Assembly (NCBI GenBank): GCA_020052115.1
Contig: JAGVPR010000320.1
Location: 1-53,484 of the forward strand
Reading direction: 5' to 3'
Source of the DNA: Candidatus Eiseniibacteriota bacterium
GTDB lineage: Bacteria; Eisenbacteria; RBG-16-71-46; JAGVPR01
DNA length: 53,484 bases
In this document: positions 9,101-18,198 of the stretch, piece by piece
How the letters are laid out: every line of letters starts with the position of its first letter
Numbering within the stretch: position 1 is the stretch's first letter
Program-made: the position numbers and the translations under genes
Notes under the pieces: model-generated
What the model saw: the letters and a program-made list of their open reading frames with translations, nothing else
What the model was told of the DNA's origin: nothing
The model's database searches: none

Positions 9101-10735
9101 CTACGCCTCCGCCGAACTGACCGCGGCCGCCTGCGGGACGCGGCTCGGCGCCGTCCTGGCATGAAGAACAGCCACCTCGGCGGCGGAGAACGGCGACGTC
9201 CGGCCGGCCGTCTCGGTTTCCCCGTGCGTCCGCAGGACGTACTCGTGGAAGTGCTTGTGGACCGTCATGTACGAGATGGCCACGATGAGCTTCTGCACCG
9301 ACGGGCGGTGCCGCATGACGCGCCACACCGTCTGCAGGAAGAACCGCCTCCTCGCATGATCCCGGGAGAGCAGGAAGTACCGGAAGATGCGCGCCGTCAT
9401 TCGTAGCTGCTTGCTCGAGAGTCTTCCCGCGGACCGGCGCGCGGACTCGGGAGAAGGCGCGAACGGTCGCAGGGAATGAACCAAACGCTCGCCGTAGTGG
9501 TCATACCGATACAGGGCGCGGATCATCCACCGGTAGCCGCGGAGCAGCTCCTCGCCGGTCATCTTCTTCGGCACGAAATTCAGGTCGGCGCTGCCGTGGA
9601 CCTGCGCCAGGCTCTCGTCATACTCCAGCAGACGGCCCTCGCGCTTGAGCCGCGCGTGCAGCGGCGTCTGCTCGATGGCGAAGAGCACCCCGGCCGTCGT
9701 GAAGGGAACCCCGGCCTCCTGCAGGAAGTCGAACATCTCCTGGAAGATCCCGATGTCGTCGTTGTCGAACCCGACGATCATCCCGGCGATGACCATCAGG
9801 TTGTACGACTGGACGAGGCGGATGTTCTCGAGGATCGAGCCGCGGATGTTCTGCGTCTTCTTCGTCTCGATGAGGCTTGCGGTGCTCGGAGACTCGATTC
9901 CGATGAAGACACTCTCGAAGTTGCTGTCGCGCAGGAGCTCGAGGATCTTCGGATGCTGGGCGACGTTGAGCGTGAGCTCGGCCGAGAACCGGATCGGGTA
10001 GCCGTTCCTCTCGCCGAAGTCCCTCAGCTCCGTGAGCAGTTTCTCGGCGTACTTCGGGCTCGCGATGAGGTTGGCGTCGGAGAAGGAGATGTACTGCCCT
10101 CCCAGCCGGCGCACCGTCTCGACTTCCCCCATCACCTGCTCGACCGACTTCGTGCGCGGCACGCGGCCGTCGGTGACGATGATGTCGCAGAATTCGCACT
10201 GGAACGGACAGCCACGGGTCGTCTGGACGTAGTAGTAGAGGTACCTCCCCACCGGGAGGAGGTCGTATCGTGGAATCGGCGAGTCGGTCAACTTCACCTT
10301 GCCGCGCTCCTGCTCGTACAGGGCGGCGGGCGCGTGCCCCGCTAGCAGGTCGCTGCAAAACCGCGGCCAGGTGTATTCAGCTTCTCCCACGAACAAGACA
10401 TCGGCGGCGCCCTCGAACCGATCGGGACAGAGGGTGGGATAGGGACCGCCGATCACCACGAGACGCCCCCGGCGCCGGAACTCGGCCGCGATCTCCAGCG
10501 AGCGGGCCCACTGGACGTTGAAGCACGAGATCGCCACGACGTCGCAGGCTGCGTCAAAATCTATCGGATCTATGTTCTCATCCAGGAGTGAAACTTCGAT
10601 TTCGGGCGGAGTGAGAGCGGCGATCGTCGCCAGACCGATCGGCGATTGCGCCGAGTCCACCCCGACGAGTTCGTGGATGCCATGGAAGTTCCACAGCGAG
10701 TCCGGGAAGCGCGGACAGACGAGAAGGATGTGCAT
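9101..10735 (-). CDS. B12-binding-domain radical SAM protein (class B, DUF4070-like C-terminal extension)
   Basis: Start at MHILLVCPRF, with GGAGG 4 nt upstream. N-terminal Rossmann-like B12 domain (VVAISCFN...VVIGGPYPT). Radical SAM cluster motif TTRGCPFQCEFCDI (CxxxCxxC). Confidence 0.85.
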   Translation of the reverse strand: MHILLVCPRFPDSLWNFHGIHELVGVDSAQSPIGLATIAALTPPEIEVSLLDENIDPIDFDAACDVVAISCFNVQWARSLEIAAEFRRRGRLVVIGGPYPTLCPDRFEGAADVLFVGEAEYTWPRFCSDLLAGHAPAALYEQERGKVKLTDSPIPRYDLLPVGRYLYYYVQTTRGCPFQCEFCDIIVTDGRVPRTKSVEQVMGEVETVRRLGGQYISFSDANLIASPKYAEKLLTELRDFGERNGYPIRFSAELTLNVAQHPKILELLRDSNFESVFIGIESPSTASLIETKKTQNIRGSILENIRLVQSYNLMVIAGMIVGFDNDDIGIFQEMFDFLQEAGVPFTTAGVLFAIEQTPLHARLKREGRLLEYDESLAQVHGSADLNFVPKKMTGEELLRGYRWMIRALYRYDHYGERLVHSLRPFAPSPESARRSAGRLSSKQLRMTARIFRYFLLSRDHARRRFFLQTVWRVMRHRPSVQKLIVAISYMTVHKHFHEYVLRTHGETETAGRTSPFSAAEVAVLHARTAPSRVPQAAAVSSAEA

Positions 10736-11156
10736 CGGACCTCCATGGTGCCGGAAGGAGCCGCCGCCCCACCGACTCTGGGCGCGCTCGGCATCACCTC
10801 GATGAGACGCCGACGCCTTACCCGACACCCGCTCTCAAGAGCGTTCCGGGCCGCTCGCTTCGCTAGATTCTTCCCACGGAGACACGACTGTCCACTATTG
10901 GCCTTTGGTCCAACATGGGTTGGGAGGGCGGCTCCTTCGATTTCGACCGAGAGATTCCTTCCCCTTCGCCAGGTGGAACGCGTATCGTCACTTCGCAAGA
11001 CCGACCGACGGAGAGCCTGCGCTTCAGGACCGCTTCTCATCAGGCCTGCGGAGCTTTGGACCGGATCCTGCCTTTGCGTTTCTGTAGCCCGCAGCTCGTC
11101 ATTCTCGCGCCGACCCGGGCGCCTCTGCGCCCGCGGTGCGATGGACCGGAGGGAGC

Positions 11157-13454
11157 ATGAACCCCCTGACCAACGGTGGAGCGATTCGCCGAATCGCCTT
11201 TCTCGGAAACCACCTGCCGCGTCTGTGCGGGATAGCGACCTTCACGACCCACCTGAGCGATGCGATGGAGTCCGAGTTCCCGGCCCTTGAATGCTCCGTG
11301 CTCGCCATGAACGACGCCGGCAAACGTCATGCGTATCCCGCTCGGGTTCGATTCGAGATCGACGAGGCCGACATCGCCTCCTACCGCCGCGCGGCGGACT
11401 ACCTGAACGTGAACACGGTTGATCTCGTGAGCGTGCAGCACGAGTACGGGATCTTCGGCGGCAAGGCCGGCAGCCACGTCCTCGTTCTGCTGCGCGAGCT
11501 GCGCATGCCGATCGTGACGACGCTCCACACGATCCTGGGCGAGCCCGATCCCCTCCAGCGCCGCACGATGCAGGAGCTGGCCCTGCTCTCGGAACGCCTC
11601 GTCGTCATGAGCGCCAAGGGCGCCGAGCTGCTCCACGAGGTGTACGGCGTTCCGGAGCACAAGATCGACCTGATACCCCACGGAATCCCGGACGTTCCGT
11701 TCGAGAGCGACAGCAAGGAGAGGCTCGGAGTCGAGGGCAAGTGGGTGCTCCTCACGTTCGGCCTCCTGTCGCCGGACAAGGGAATCGAGCACGTCATAGA
11801 CGCCCTGCCGGCGATCCTGGCGATCCACCCCGACACGGTTTACATCGTGCTCGGCGAGACCCATCCGCACGTCAAGGAACGCGACGGCGAAACCTACCGG
11901 ATCATGCTCGAGAATCGCGCCACGAGACTCGGCGTGGATTCCAACATGATCTTCCACGACCGCTTCGTGAGCCAGGCCGAGCTCAACGAGTTCCTCTCCG
12001 CAGCGGACGTCTACATCACGCCCTACCTCCAACCGCAGCAGATCACATCGGGAACGCTGGCTTACGCGCTGGGCGCCGGGAAGGCCGTGATCTCGACGCC
12101 GTATCCGTATGCGCGCGATCTCCTCGCCGACGATCGCGGGATCCTCGTCCCATGGCGGGACTCCGCGGCGATCGCCCGGGAGATCGTCGGGCTTCTCAGC
12201 GATGACTCCCGGCGCCTCACCCTGCAGCGGCGCGGTGCGGCGCACGGCCGGAGCATGCGATGGCCGGCGGTCGCGCACCGCTACGCGGAGAGTTTCGAGC
12301 GCGCGCGTTCGGAGCGCGCCGCACGGCTGCACACGACGTTTCAGGCGAAGACGCTGGCCAAGCGGCCGGCCGACTTGCCCGACATGGACCTCGAGCATCT
12401 CAGCCTCATGACGGACGAGACCGGGGTGCTCCAGCACGCGGTCTTCAGCGTGCCGCGTTACGACGACGGCTACTGCCTCGACGACAACGCTCGGGCGCTG
12501 CTCCTGATGGCGCTCCTGGAGGAGGCCGGAACGGAGGACGCACCGGCGGTGCGCGCTCTCGCGTCGCGCTACTTGGCCTTCGTGAGCCATGCGTTCGACA
12601 AGAGCACGGGGCGATTCAGGAATCTCATGTCGTACTCGCGTCTGTGGATCGAGGAACGCGGCTCGGAGGACAGCCACGGACGCGCTCTCTGGGCGCTGGG
12701 GACGGTCGTCGGGCGCGCCCGCGATCCCGGGAGGCGGAGTCTGGCGGGCGACCTCTTCCACGCCGCCCTCCCGGCGGTGTCGGGGTTCACGAGCCCGCGG
12801 GCCTGGGCGTTCGCGCTCCTGGGAATTGACGAGTACCTGCAGGCATTCAAGGGCGACAGCGGAATGCAGTCGCTGAGCAAGATGCTCACGGAGCGGCTCT
12901 TCGACCTCCTTGAGCGCAGCAGCGACCGGGATTGGCCGTGGTTCGAAGACCGCGTTACCTACTCCAACGCGCGACTGCCGCAGGCGCTTCTTGTTTGCGG
13001 CTCTCGAATGGAGCGCGCCGAGATCGCCGCCGCCGGCATTCGGTCCCTGGAGTGGCTGATCTCGATCCAGTCGTCGGTGGATGGATATTTCGCCCCCATC
13101 GGCTCCAACGGCTTCTACGAGCGCGGAGCGCAGAGGGCATCGTTCGATCAACAACCCGTGGAGGCGTGCGCGATGGTCTCGGCGTGTCTGGAAGCTCACC
13201 GGCTGACCGGGGAAGATCGCTGGTCAAAGCATGCTCGCAGCGCATTCGACTGGTTCTTGGGACAGAACCAGCTGCAGCAATCGCTCTACGACGTCGCGAC
13301 GGGAGGCTGTCGCGACGGGCTCCATTCCGACCGGGTCAACGAGAACCAGGGGGCGGAATCAACCCTCTCGTTCCTCCTCGCGCTCATGGAAATGCGTTCC
13401 GTCAACCACGCGGACGTCATCCGGGGATCTTCGTTCCTGGAAGCCGTACGATGA
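11157..13454 (+). CDS. GT4-family glycosyltransferase fused to a ~370-aa C-terminal helical domain; the (alpha/alpha)6-like description is my guess
   Basis: The N-terminal half has GT4 features (IAFLGNHLPRLCGIATF, ...LLTFGLLSPDKGIE..., ITPYLQPQQITSGTLAYALGAGKAVISTP = the E-x7-E region). The C-terminal half is rich in W/aromatic helical repeats. Start chosen at MNPL with GGAGGG upstream. Confidence 0.8.
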   Translation: MNPLTNGGAIRRIAFLGNHLPRLCGIATFTTHLSDAMESEFPALECSVLAMNDAGKRHAYPARVRFEIDEADIASYRRAADYLNVNTVDLVSVQHEYGIFGGKAGSHVLVLLRELRMPIVTTLHTILGEPDPLQRRTMQELALLSERLVVMSAKGAELLHEVYGVPEHKIDLIPHGIPDVPFESDSKERLGVEGKWVLLTFGLLSPDKGIEHVIDALPAILAIHPDTVYIVLGETHPHVKERDGETYRIMLENRATRLGVDSNMIFHDRFVSQAELNEFLSAADVYITPYLQPQQITSGTLAYALGAGKAVISTPYPYARDLLADDRGILVPWRDSAAIAREIVGLLSDDSRRLTLQRRGAAHGRSMRWPAVAHRYAESFERARSERAARLHTTFQAKTLAKRPADLPDMDLEHLSLMTDETGVLQHAVFSVPRYDDGYCLDDNARALLLMALLEEAGTEDAPAVRALASRYLAFVSHAFDKSTGRFRNLMSYSRLWIEERGSEDSHGRALWALGTVVGRARDPGRRSLAGDLFHAALPAVSGFTSPRAWAFALLGIDEYLQAFKGDSGMQSLSKMLTERLFDLLERSSDRDWPWFEDRVTYSNARLPQALLVCGSRMERAEIAAAGIRSLEWLISIQSSVDGYFAPIGSNGFYERGAQRASFDQQPVEACAMVSACLEAHRLTGEDRWSKHARSAFDWFLGQNQLQQSLYDVATGGCRDGLHSDRVNENQGAESTLSFLLALMEMRSVNHADVIRGSSFLEAVR

Positions 13455-14404
13455 CGCCGGTGAGCGGGTACGAGACGTTCTTTCGCCGGCACGAGGGCAA
13501 CCCGATCCTGACCGCCGCGGATTGGCCCTATCCAGTCCACAGCGTGTTCAACGCGGGCGCGACCCGACTGAGCGACGGGACCACGCTTCTGCTCTGCAGG
13601 GTCGAGGATCGCTCCGGCCTCTCTCACCTGTGCGCGGCGCGATCGGCCAACGGGATTGACGGATGGGTGATCGACCGCGAGCCGACTTTCCGTTCCGACC
13701 CGGAGCGCTATCCGGAGGAACTCTGGGGAATCGAGGACCCGCGGATCACCTTCGTCGAAGAGCTCGGCAAGTACGCCGTCGCCTACACGGCCTTCAGCAA
13801 GGGAGGCCCCGGCGTGGCGCTCGCACTGACCGAGGACTTCCGGCATTTCGAACGCTTCGGCCTGGTCATGCAGCCCGACGACAAGGATGCAGCTCTGCTG
13901 CCGCGACGGATAGACGGGAGCTTCGCGCTCCTGCACCGCCCGATGACGGACACGGGGGCCCACATCTGGATCTCGCTCTCGCCGGATCTCCGCAACTGGG
14001 GCGGCCACAAGCTGGTCTTGCAGGCCCGCAGGGGCGCTTGGTGGGACGCGAACAAAGTGGGATTGTCGCCGCCTCTCATCGAGACGTCGCAAGGATGGCT
14101 GATGCTCTATCACGGCGTCCGGCAGACGGCCGCTGGGTGCCTCTACCGCCTAGGCGCCGCCCTCTTCGACCTCGACAAGCCGGAACGATGTATTTCGCGC
14201 GGGGACTCGTGGATCTTCGGTCCCGAGGCGCCGTACGAGCGCCATGGCGACGTGAGCAACGTCACGTTCCCGTGCGGCTACACTCTCGGCGACGACGGCG
14301 ACACCATCTTCCTGTACTACGGCGCGGCGGACACGAGCGTGGCGCTCGCTTTCGGGAGCATTCGCCAGCTGCTGCGCTGGCTCGGTGAGCACGGGCGCAC
14401 GTAG
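13451..14404 (+). CDS. GH130-family glycoside phosphorylase/hydrolase (beta-mannoside-type)
   Basis: NPILTAADWPYPVHSVFNAGA, GIEDPRITFVEELGKYAVAYTAF, WDANKVGLSPPLIETSQGWLMLYHGV and FLYYGAADT are five-bladed propeller GH130 hallmarks. ATGA start/stop overlap with the upstream GT4. Confidence 0.85.
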   Translation: MTPVSGYETFFRRHEGNPILTAADWPYPVHSVFNAGATRLSDGTTLLLCRVEDRSGLSHLCAARSANGIDGWVIDREPTFRSDPERYPEELWGIEDPRITFVEELGKYAVAYTAFSKGGPGVALALTEDFRHFERFGLVMQPDDKDAALLPRRIDGSFALLHRPMTDTGAHIWISLSPDLRNWGGHKLVLQARRGAWWDANKVGLSPPLIETSQGWLMLYHGVRQTAAGCLYRLGAALFDLDKPERCISRGDSWIFGPEAPYERHGDVSNVTFPCGYTLGDDGDTIFLYYGAADTSVALAFGSIRQLLRWLGEHGRT

Positions 14405-14444
14405 CGGCCCGGCCCGGCCGATGGCCTGACGTAATCACCACCGA

Positions 14445-16112
14445 TCAAGAATCGGCGGGATCACCGTCGCGTGCCGTGCCACTCGCACGTACAGCGCCGT
14501 AGCGCTTGAGCTTCCGGTAGAGCGTCGCCGATCCAATGCCGAGCTGTTCGGCCGTCCGCGTCTGGTTGCCGCCGTTGAGATCGAGCACCGCCAGGATGTA
14601 CTCCTTCTCGATATCCTCGAGGGCCCTCACCGTGCCGGAGAGCGATGGGGCGGGCAACGCCTGCCGGACTTCCTCGGGCAGGTCGTCGAGATCCGTGCGG
14701 CTGACGCGGGCGAGCGCGACCGCGCGCTCCATGGCGTTCTGCAGCTCGCGCACGTTGCCCGGCCAGTTATGCCGCAGGAGCTGATCCGCGGCGCGCGGTG
14801 ACAGCCCGGAGATCGGTCGGTTGAGCCGTAGCGCCGCCTCGCCCAGCAGAACGCGGGCGAGCGGCAAGATGTCCTCTCTCCGATCCCTGAGCGCCGGTAC
14901 GTGCAGCTCGACGACATTCAGCCGGTAATACAGATCATTCCGGAAGCGGCCCGCGGCAATCTCCTCGGTGAGTTCGCGATTGGTCGCGGCGATGACCCGA
15001 ACATTGACGGGGCGGCTCTTGTTTTCGCCGACGCGGCGGATCTCGCGTTCTTGCAGGACCCGCAGGAGCTTCACCTGCATGCCGGGCGAGACCTCGCCGA
15101 CTTCGTCGAGCAGGAGCGTTCCTCTGTTCGCCGCCTCGAACAGGCCGGGACGATCGTTGACCGCTCCCGTGAACGATCCACGCACGTGGCCGAAAAGCTC
15201 GCTCTCGAGGAGGGTCTCGGGGATGGCGCCGCAGTTGACCGCGATGAACGGACCCGCCGCGCGGGGGGATTCATCGTGTATGAACCGCGCGATGCGCTCC
15301 TTGCCCGTCCCGCTTTCCCCCGTGATGAGCACCGTGGAATCCACCTTCGCGATCCGCCGCGCGAGATCGAGGAGGCGACGCATGGCGGGGCTCCGCGCGA
15401 CGATCCCGAGCGGGTCCTCGACATCGGGCGCCACTCGGGAGAGCACGCGCTTCTTCTTCCGAAGATTCTGCTCGGCTCGCTTGAGCGATTCGGTGACCCG
15501 GTGGAGCGAGGGCTCGAGCCAATCCTTGAGGTTTTCCGTGTGGAAGAAGCGGAGTTCGTCGGCGCGATCGTCTCCCCACTCTTCGCGAGTCCGACCGAGG
15601 AGATGGCAGACGGGGTCGCCCCTTCCAATGCACTGCTCCTCGAGGACGTAGATCTCCTTGTTCACGGCGCGACTCAGATAGCCGCTGGTGAGACCGCAGA
15701 TCGTCCAGCACACGGGGGTGTCGCTGCGCCCGAGGTGGGCGATGTGCTGCTCCGCCTCGTAGGAGGCGCCGAGCGTCAAGCCCTCCTTCGTCAGCGATCC
15801 GGCCGTGGCGGGGTCGAGGCGGTACATTCCCTCGAGCATATGGATGCGCCCGCACGCATGGTGCCAGTCGTCGTCATTCTCCCATTGAAACAGGCCCTGC
15901 ATCGCCTCGGCCACACGCCAGCCGTGGACGAAGCCGAACCGCGTGAGCACGGCCCGAGCCGCGGTCAGGCCGAACTGCTCGATCAGCTCCTTTCGCAGGT
16001 TCCCCTTCGCCGTCGCATCAATGATGAGTGCGCGCTCGCCGGCGAAACGGATCATGCCGTCCTCTGAATTGAACTCGACCAGCTCCTTGATGTTCAGGTC
16101 TTGGACACGCAT
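14445..16112 (-). CDS. Sigma-54-dependent transcriptional activator, XylR/DmpR type (XylR_N + V4R sensor, AAA+, Fis-type HTH)
   Basis: The N-terminus GMIRFAGERALIIDA...FGFVHGW...CWTICGLTSGYLS...GDPVCHLLG is V4R-like. Walker A is GESGTGKE, with the GAFTGA variant GSFTGA. C-terminal HTH NQTRTAEQLGIGSATLYRKLKRYG. Confidence 0.9.
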   Translation of the reverse strand: MRVQDLNIKELVEFNSEDGMIRFAGERALIIDATAKGNLRKELIEQFGLTAARAVLTRFGFVHGWRVAEAMQGLFQWENDDDWHHACGRIHMLEGMYRLDPATAGSLTKEGLTLGASYEAEQHIAHLGRSDTPVCWTICGLTSGYLSRAVNKEIYVLEEQCIGRGDPVCHLLGRTREEWGDDRADELRFFHTENLKDWLEPSLHRVTESLKRAEQNLRKKKRVLSRVAPDVEDPLGIVARSPAMRRLLDLARRIAKVDSTVLITGESGTGKERIARFIHDESPRAAGPFIAVNCGAIPETLLESELFGHVRGSFTGAVNDRPGLFEAANRGTLLLDEVGEVSPGMQVKLLRVLQEREIRRVGENKSRPVNVRVIAATNRELTEEIAAGRFRNDLYYRLNVVELHVPALRDRREDILPLARVLLGEAALRLNRPISGLSPRAADQLLRHNWPGNVRELQNAMERAVALARVSRTDLDDLPEEVRQALPAPSLSGTVRALEDIEKEYILAVLDLNGGNQTRTAEQLGIGSATLYRKLKRYGAVRASGTARDGDPADS

Positions 16113-16129
16113 GACACCCTCCTTCGTAC

Positions 16130-16146
16130 TGATCGATACTAGATCA
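16130..16146. promoter_or_regulatory. AT-rich imperfect palindrome TGATCgatactaGATCA, candidate activator binding site / divergent promoter element
   Basis: 5-bp perfect arms in an otherwise GC-rich intergenic region, ~75-90 nt upstream of the -24/-12 element. Confidence 0.2.
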
Positions 16147-16218
16147 TTCTGATGGGATCCTCAAGGGCCCCCGCGGGCGGGCACGTGGCGCTGCAGGCAC
16201 TTACGCGACGGCGCGAAC

Positions 16219-16234
16219 CGGCACACGTATTGCG
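16219..16234 (+). promoter_or_regulatory. Sigma-54 (-24/-12) promoter
   Basis: CGGCACacgtaTTGCg compared with the consensus TGGCAC-N5-TTGC; the GG-N10-GC spacing is exact (GG 16220-21, GC 16232-33). It is intergenic, divergent from the sigma-54 activator, and ~50 nt upstream of the AAGGAG-N6-GTG start at 16283. Confidence 0.7.
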
Positions 16235-16282
16235 GGACACTCCTCCGAGGCGACATGGACACAGCTTCGAAAGGAGACGCTT

Positions 16283-16552
16283 GTGGAAGCGGACGTGGGG
16301 AAAATGGAGGCGCAGATCGAGGTTTGGGGCGCGAAGATAAACGGGCTCGCCGCCGCGGCCGCGAAGGCCGGCGTCGGAGCCAGGATCGACCTCCACTTGC
16401 ACATTGACGATTTGAAGGTGAAGCGCGCGGTTGCACTGGCGAAGTTCGACGAGTTCAAGACGGCGGAAGCCGCGAAGCGGGCGAGCCTCAAGACCGGCCT
16501 CGAGCACGCATGGAGCGAACTCGAGGCGGCATTCAGAGACCCGAGGCGATAG
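16283..16552 (+). CDS. Small cytoplasmic coiled-coil protein (89 aa), function unknown
   Basis: GTG start with AAGGAG 6 nt upstream. Heptad-like MEAQIEVWGAKINGLAAAAAKAG...IDDLKVKRAVALAKFDEFK...LEHAWSELEAAF. No signal peptide. Confidence 0.6.
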   Translation: MEADVGKMEAQIEVWGAKINGLAAAAAKAGVGARIDLHLHIDDLKVKRAVALAKFDEFKTAEAAKRASLKTGLEHAWSELEAAFRDPRR

Positions 16553-16664
16553 CCGCGAGAGCGAGGCGGATCGCCGAGTCCGTCAATTACCGAGGCGACG
16601 AGGATCATGACCCGACTTGAACCATGACTCGCTTGCCCCGATTCAAGGGAAGAGGAGATCCAAC

Positions 16665-17318
16665 ATGAAACGAGTTGCAGGCAGCATCAGCATCCTACTT
16701 CTGAGCGCCGTGGCCGTCCTGCCGGGCTGCATGAAAGACCGCGGAGACGGATCGGTTGCGCAGTCCCAACAAGATCGGAAGCCACGCTCGGAGACGATGG
16801 TCATCCCGGATGGGACGAACGTCGTCGCGTCGCTTGAGACGCGGCTCACCACGGACACGAACCGAAGCGGCGACCGGTTCGTCGCCAGAACGACGGAGCC
16901 CATTCTCGTCGGTGGCAAGACGGTCGTCCCGGCCGGAACGCAGATCCAGGGCGTGCTGCGCGACGTTCAGGCGTCCGGCCGCACGTCCGGGCGTGCCCGC
17001 ATGACGCTCGCGTACGAGAACATCGTGGACTCGGCCGGCAAGACCCACCCGATCTCCGCGGTACCACTCACGCTTCAGGCAGCCTCCGGCACGCGCGGCG
17101 ATGTTGAGAAGATCGCGGCGGGTGGAATCCTCGGCGGGATCATCGGCGCGGTCGCCGGTGGGACGAAGGGCGCCGCGATCGGGGCAGGCGCTGGAGCAGG
17201 CGCCGGGACGATCATCATGCTCGCGACCAAGGGAGACGAGGTCGAACTCGACCCCGGCCAGAGACTGAACGTCAGGATGACGTCGCCTACGAGCATTGAG
17301 GTCTTCGCTCAGAGATGA
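16665..17318 (+). CDS. Lipoprotein with a C-terminal glycine-zipper segment
   Basis: MKRVAGSISILLLSAVAVLPGC lipobox. Glycine zipper GGILGGIIGAVAGGTKGAAIGAGAGAGAGTII near the C-terminus. GAGGAG RBS. Confidence 0.75.
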   Translation: MKRVAGSISILLLSAVAVLPGCMKDRGDGSVAQSQQDRKPRSETMVIPDGTNVVASLETRLTTDTNRSGDRFVARTTEPILVGGKTVVPAGTQIQGVLRDVQASGRTSGRARMTLAYENIVDSAGKTHPISAVPLTLQAASGTRGDVEKIAAGGILGGIIGAVAGGTKGAAIGAGAGAGAGTIIMLATKGDEVELDPGQRLNVRMTSPTSIEVFAQR

Positions 17319-17395
17319 TCGATGACTCTTCGCGGGGCGGCAATGCGAGATCCGCTTGTCGCTACCGCGGTCACAATCTCAAGGAGGGTAGTCAA

Positions 17396-17893
17396 ATGCG
17401 AAACACTCGAGGGGTTCTTCTAGCAGCGGCGCTGACCATGGCGCTCGTTCCCGTGCTGGCCCTGGCGGGCCCTGCCGACATCGGGTATCGCGGATGGGGA
17501 CCGCGGCTCGGATTCTCGTCCGGACCGGATCAGTTCATCTTCGGCGCCCAGCTCGACTTCGGGAACTTCGGCCAGCATGTCCGCTTCCAGCCCAATATCG
17601 AGATGGGCCTGGGGGACCACCGGACGACCGGAGCGATCAACCTGGACACCACCTATCGCTTCAGCTCGAACTGGGACGTCTGGTCGCCCTATCTGGGCGG
17701 CGGGCTGGGTCTGAGCATGTCCGGGTCGGACAACGGCCTGGCGCACGACAGCGACACGGGAATCGGTGCGAGCGCGATCGGTGGGATCGAGAAGGGGCTC
17801 TCCAACGGCGACCGATTCTTCACCGAGGTGAAGCTCGGTGCCGGCGACGCGCCGGACCTGAAGCTCATGATTGGTTGGACCTTCTATCACTAG
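17396..17893 (+). CDS. Small outer-membrane beta-barrel protein
   Basis: Signal peptide MRNTRGVLLAAALTMALVPVLALA. Alternating amphipathic strands. C-terminal strand DLKLMIGWTFYH. AAGGAGGG RBS. Confidence 0.7.
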   Translation: MRNTRGVLLAAALTMALVPVLALAGPADIGYRGWGPRLGFSSGPDQFIFGAQLDFGNFGQHVRFQPNIEMGLGDHRTTGAINLDTTYRFSSNWDVWSPYLGGGLGLSMSGSDNGLAHDSDTGIGASAIGGIEKGLSNGDRFFTEVKLGAGDAPDLKLMIGWTFYH

Positions 17894-17916
17894 GAGGTCG
17901 CGAAAGGACGGATGAA

Positions 17917-18144
17917 ATGAAGCTCGTCGGAATGGTGCTCGTGGTGCTTGGGATCGTCGCGTTGATCTACGGCGGGATCGACTACAACCGAGACAAGACG
18001 GTCCTCCAGATGGGCTCGATGAGCGCTACGGTCACGGAACACAAGACAGTTGCGATTCCGGCCATCCTCGGGGTGGCCTCGCTGGTCGGCGGCCTTGCGC
18101 TCATCTTCGTGCCCAGGCGCCGCCTCCTGCTCCAGAAGGGGTAG
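17917..18144 (+). CDS. Small two-TM membrane protein (75 aa)
   Basis: MKLVGMVLVVLGIVALIYGG ... AIPAILGVASLVGGLALIFVPRRR, i.e. two hydrophobic helices. Lies 23 nt after the preceding gene. Confidence 0.55.
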   Translation: MKLVGMVLVVLGIVALIYGGIDYNRDKTVLQMGSMSATVTEHKTVAIPAILGVASLVGGLALIFVPRRRLLLQKG

Positions 18145-18198
18145 AGATTCCCCTGGACCTCACGTATCCGACCACACGCTCATTCAGGAGGATTCGGT

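Noticed and set aside
10736-10828. Longer N-terminus (MSGKASASHRGD...) for the radical SAM protein; similarly 3839-4006 for the pirin, 5269-5346 for the 5'-nucleotidase and 5198-5536 for the BNR protein.
   Set aside because: The internal starts have proper SD spacing or native-looking N-termini (MHILLVCPRF, MSIRPVKR, and the signal peptide MRTRRLPFVF). The extensions overlap neighbouring genes or look non-coding.
11040-13199. 719-aa minus-strand ORF. Similar long shadow ORFs lie at 21101-23467 (+), 47750-49930 (+), 51521-53023 (-), 7826-9076 (-), 2909-3889 (+), 14901-16067 (+) and 27988-29040 (-).
   Set aside because: All are antisense to genes with unmistakable domain signatures. Stop-poor antisense frames are expected at this GC content, and the products are low-complexity R/G/A/P/D/E-rich with no motifs.
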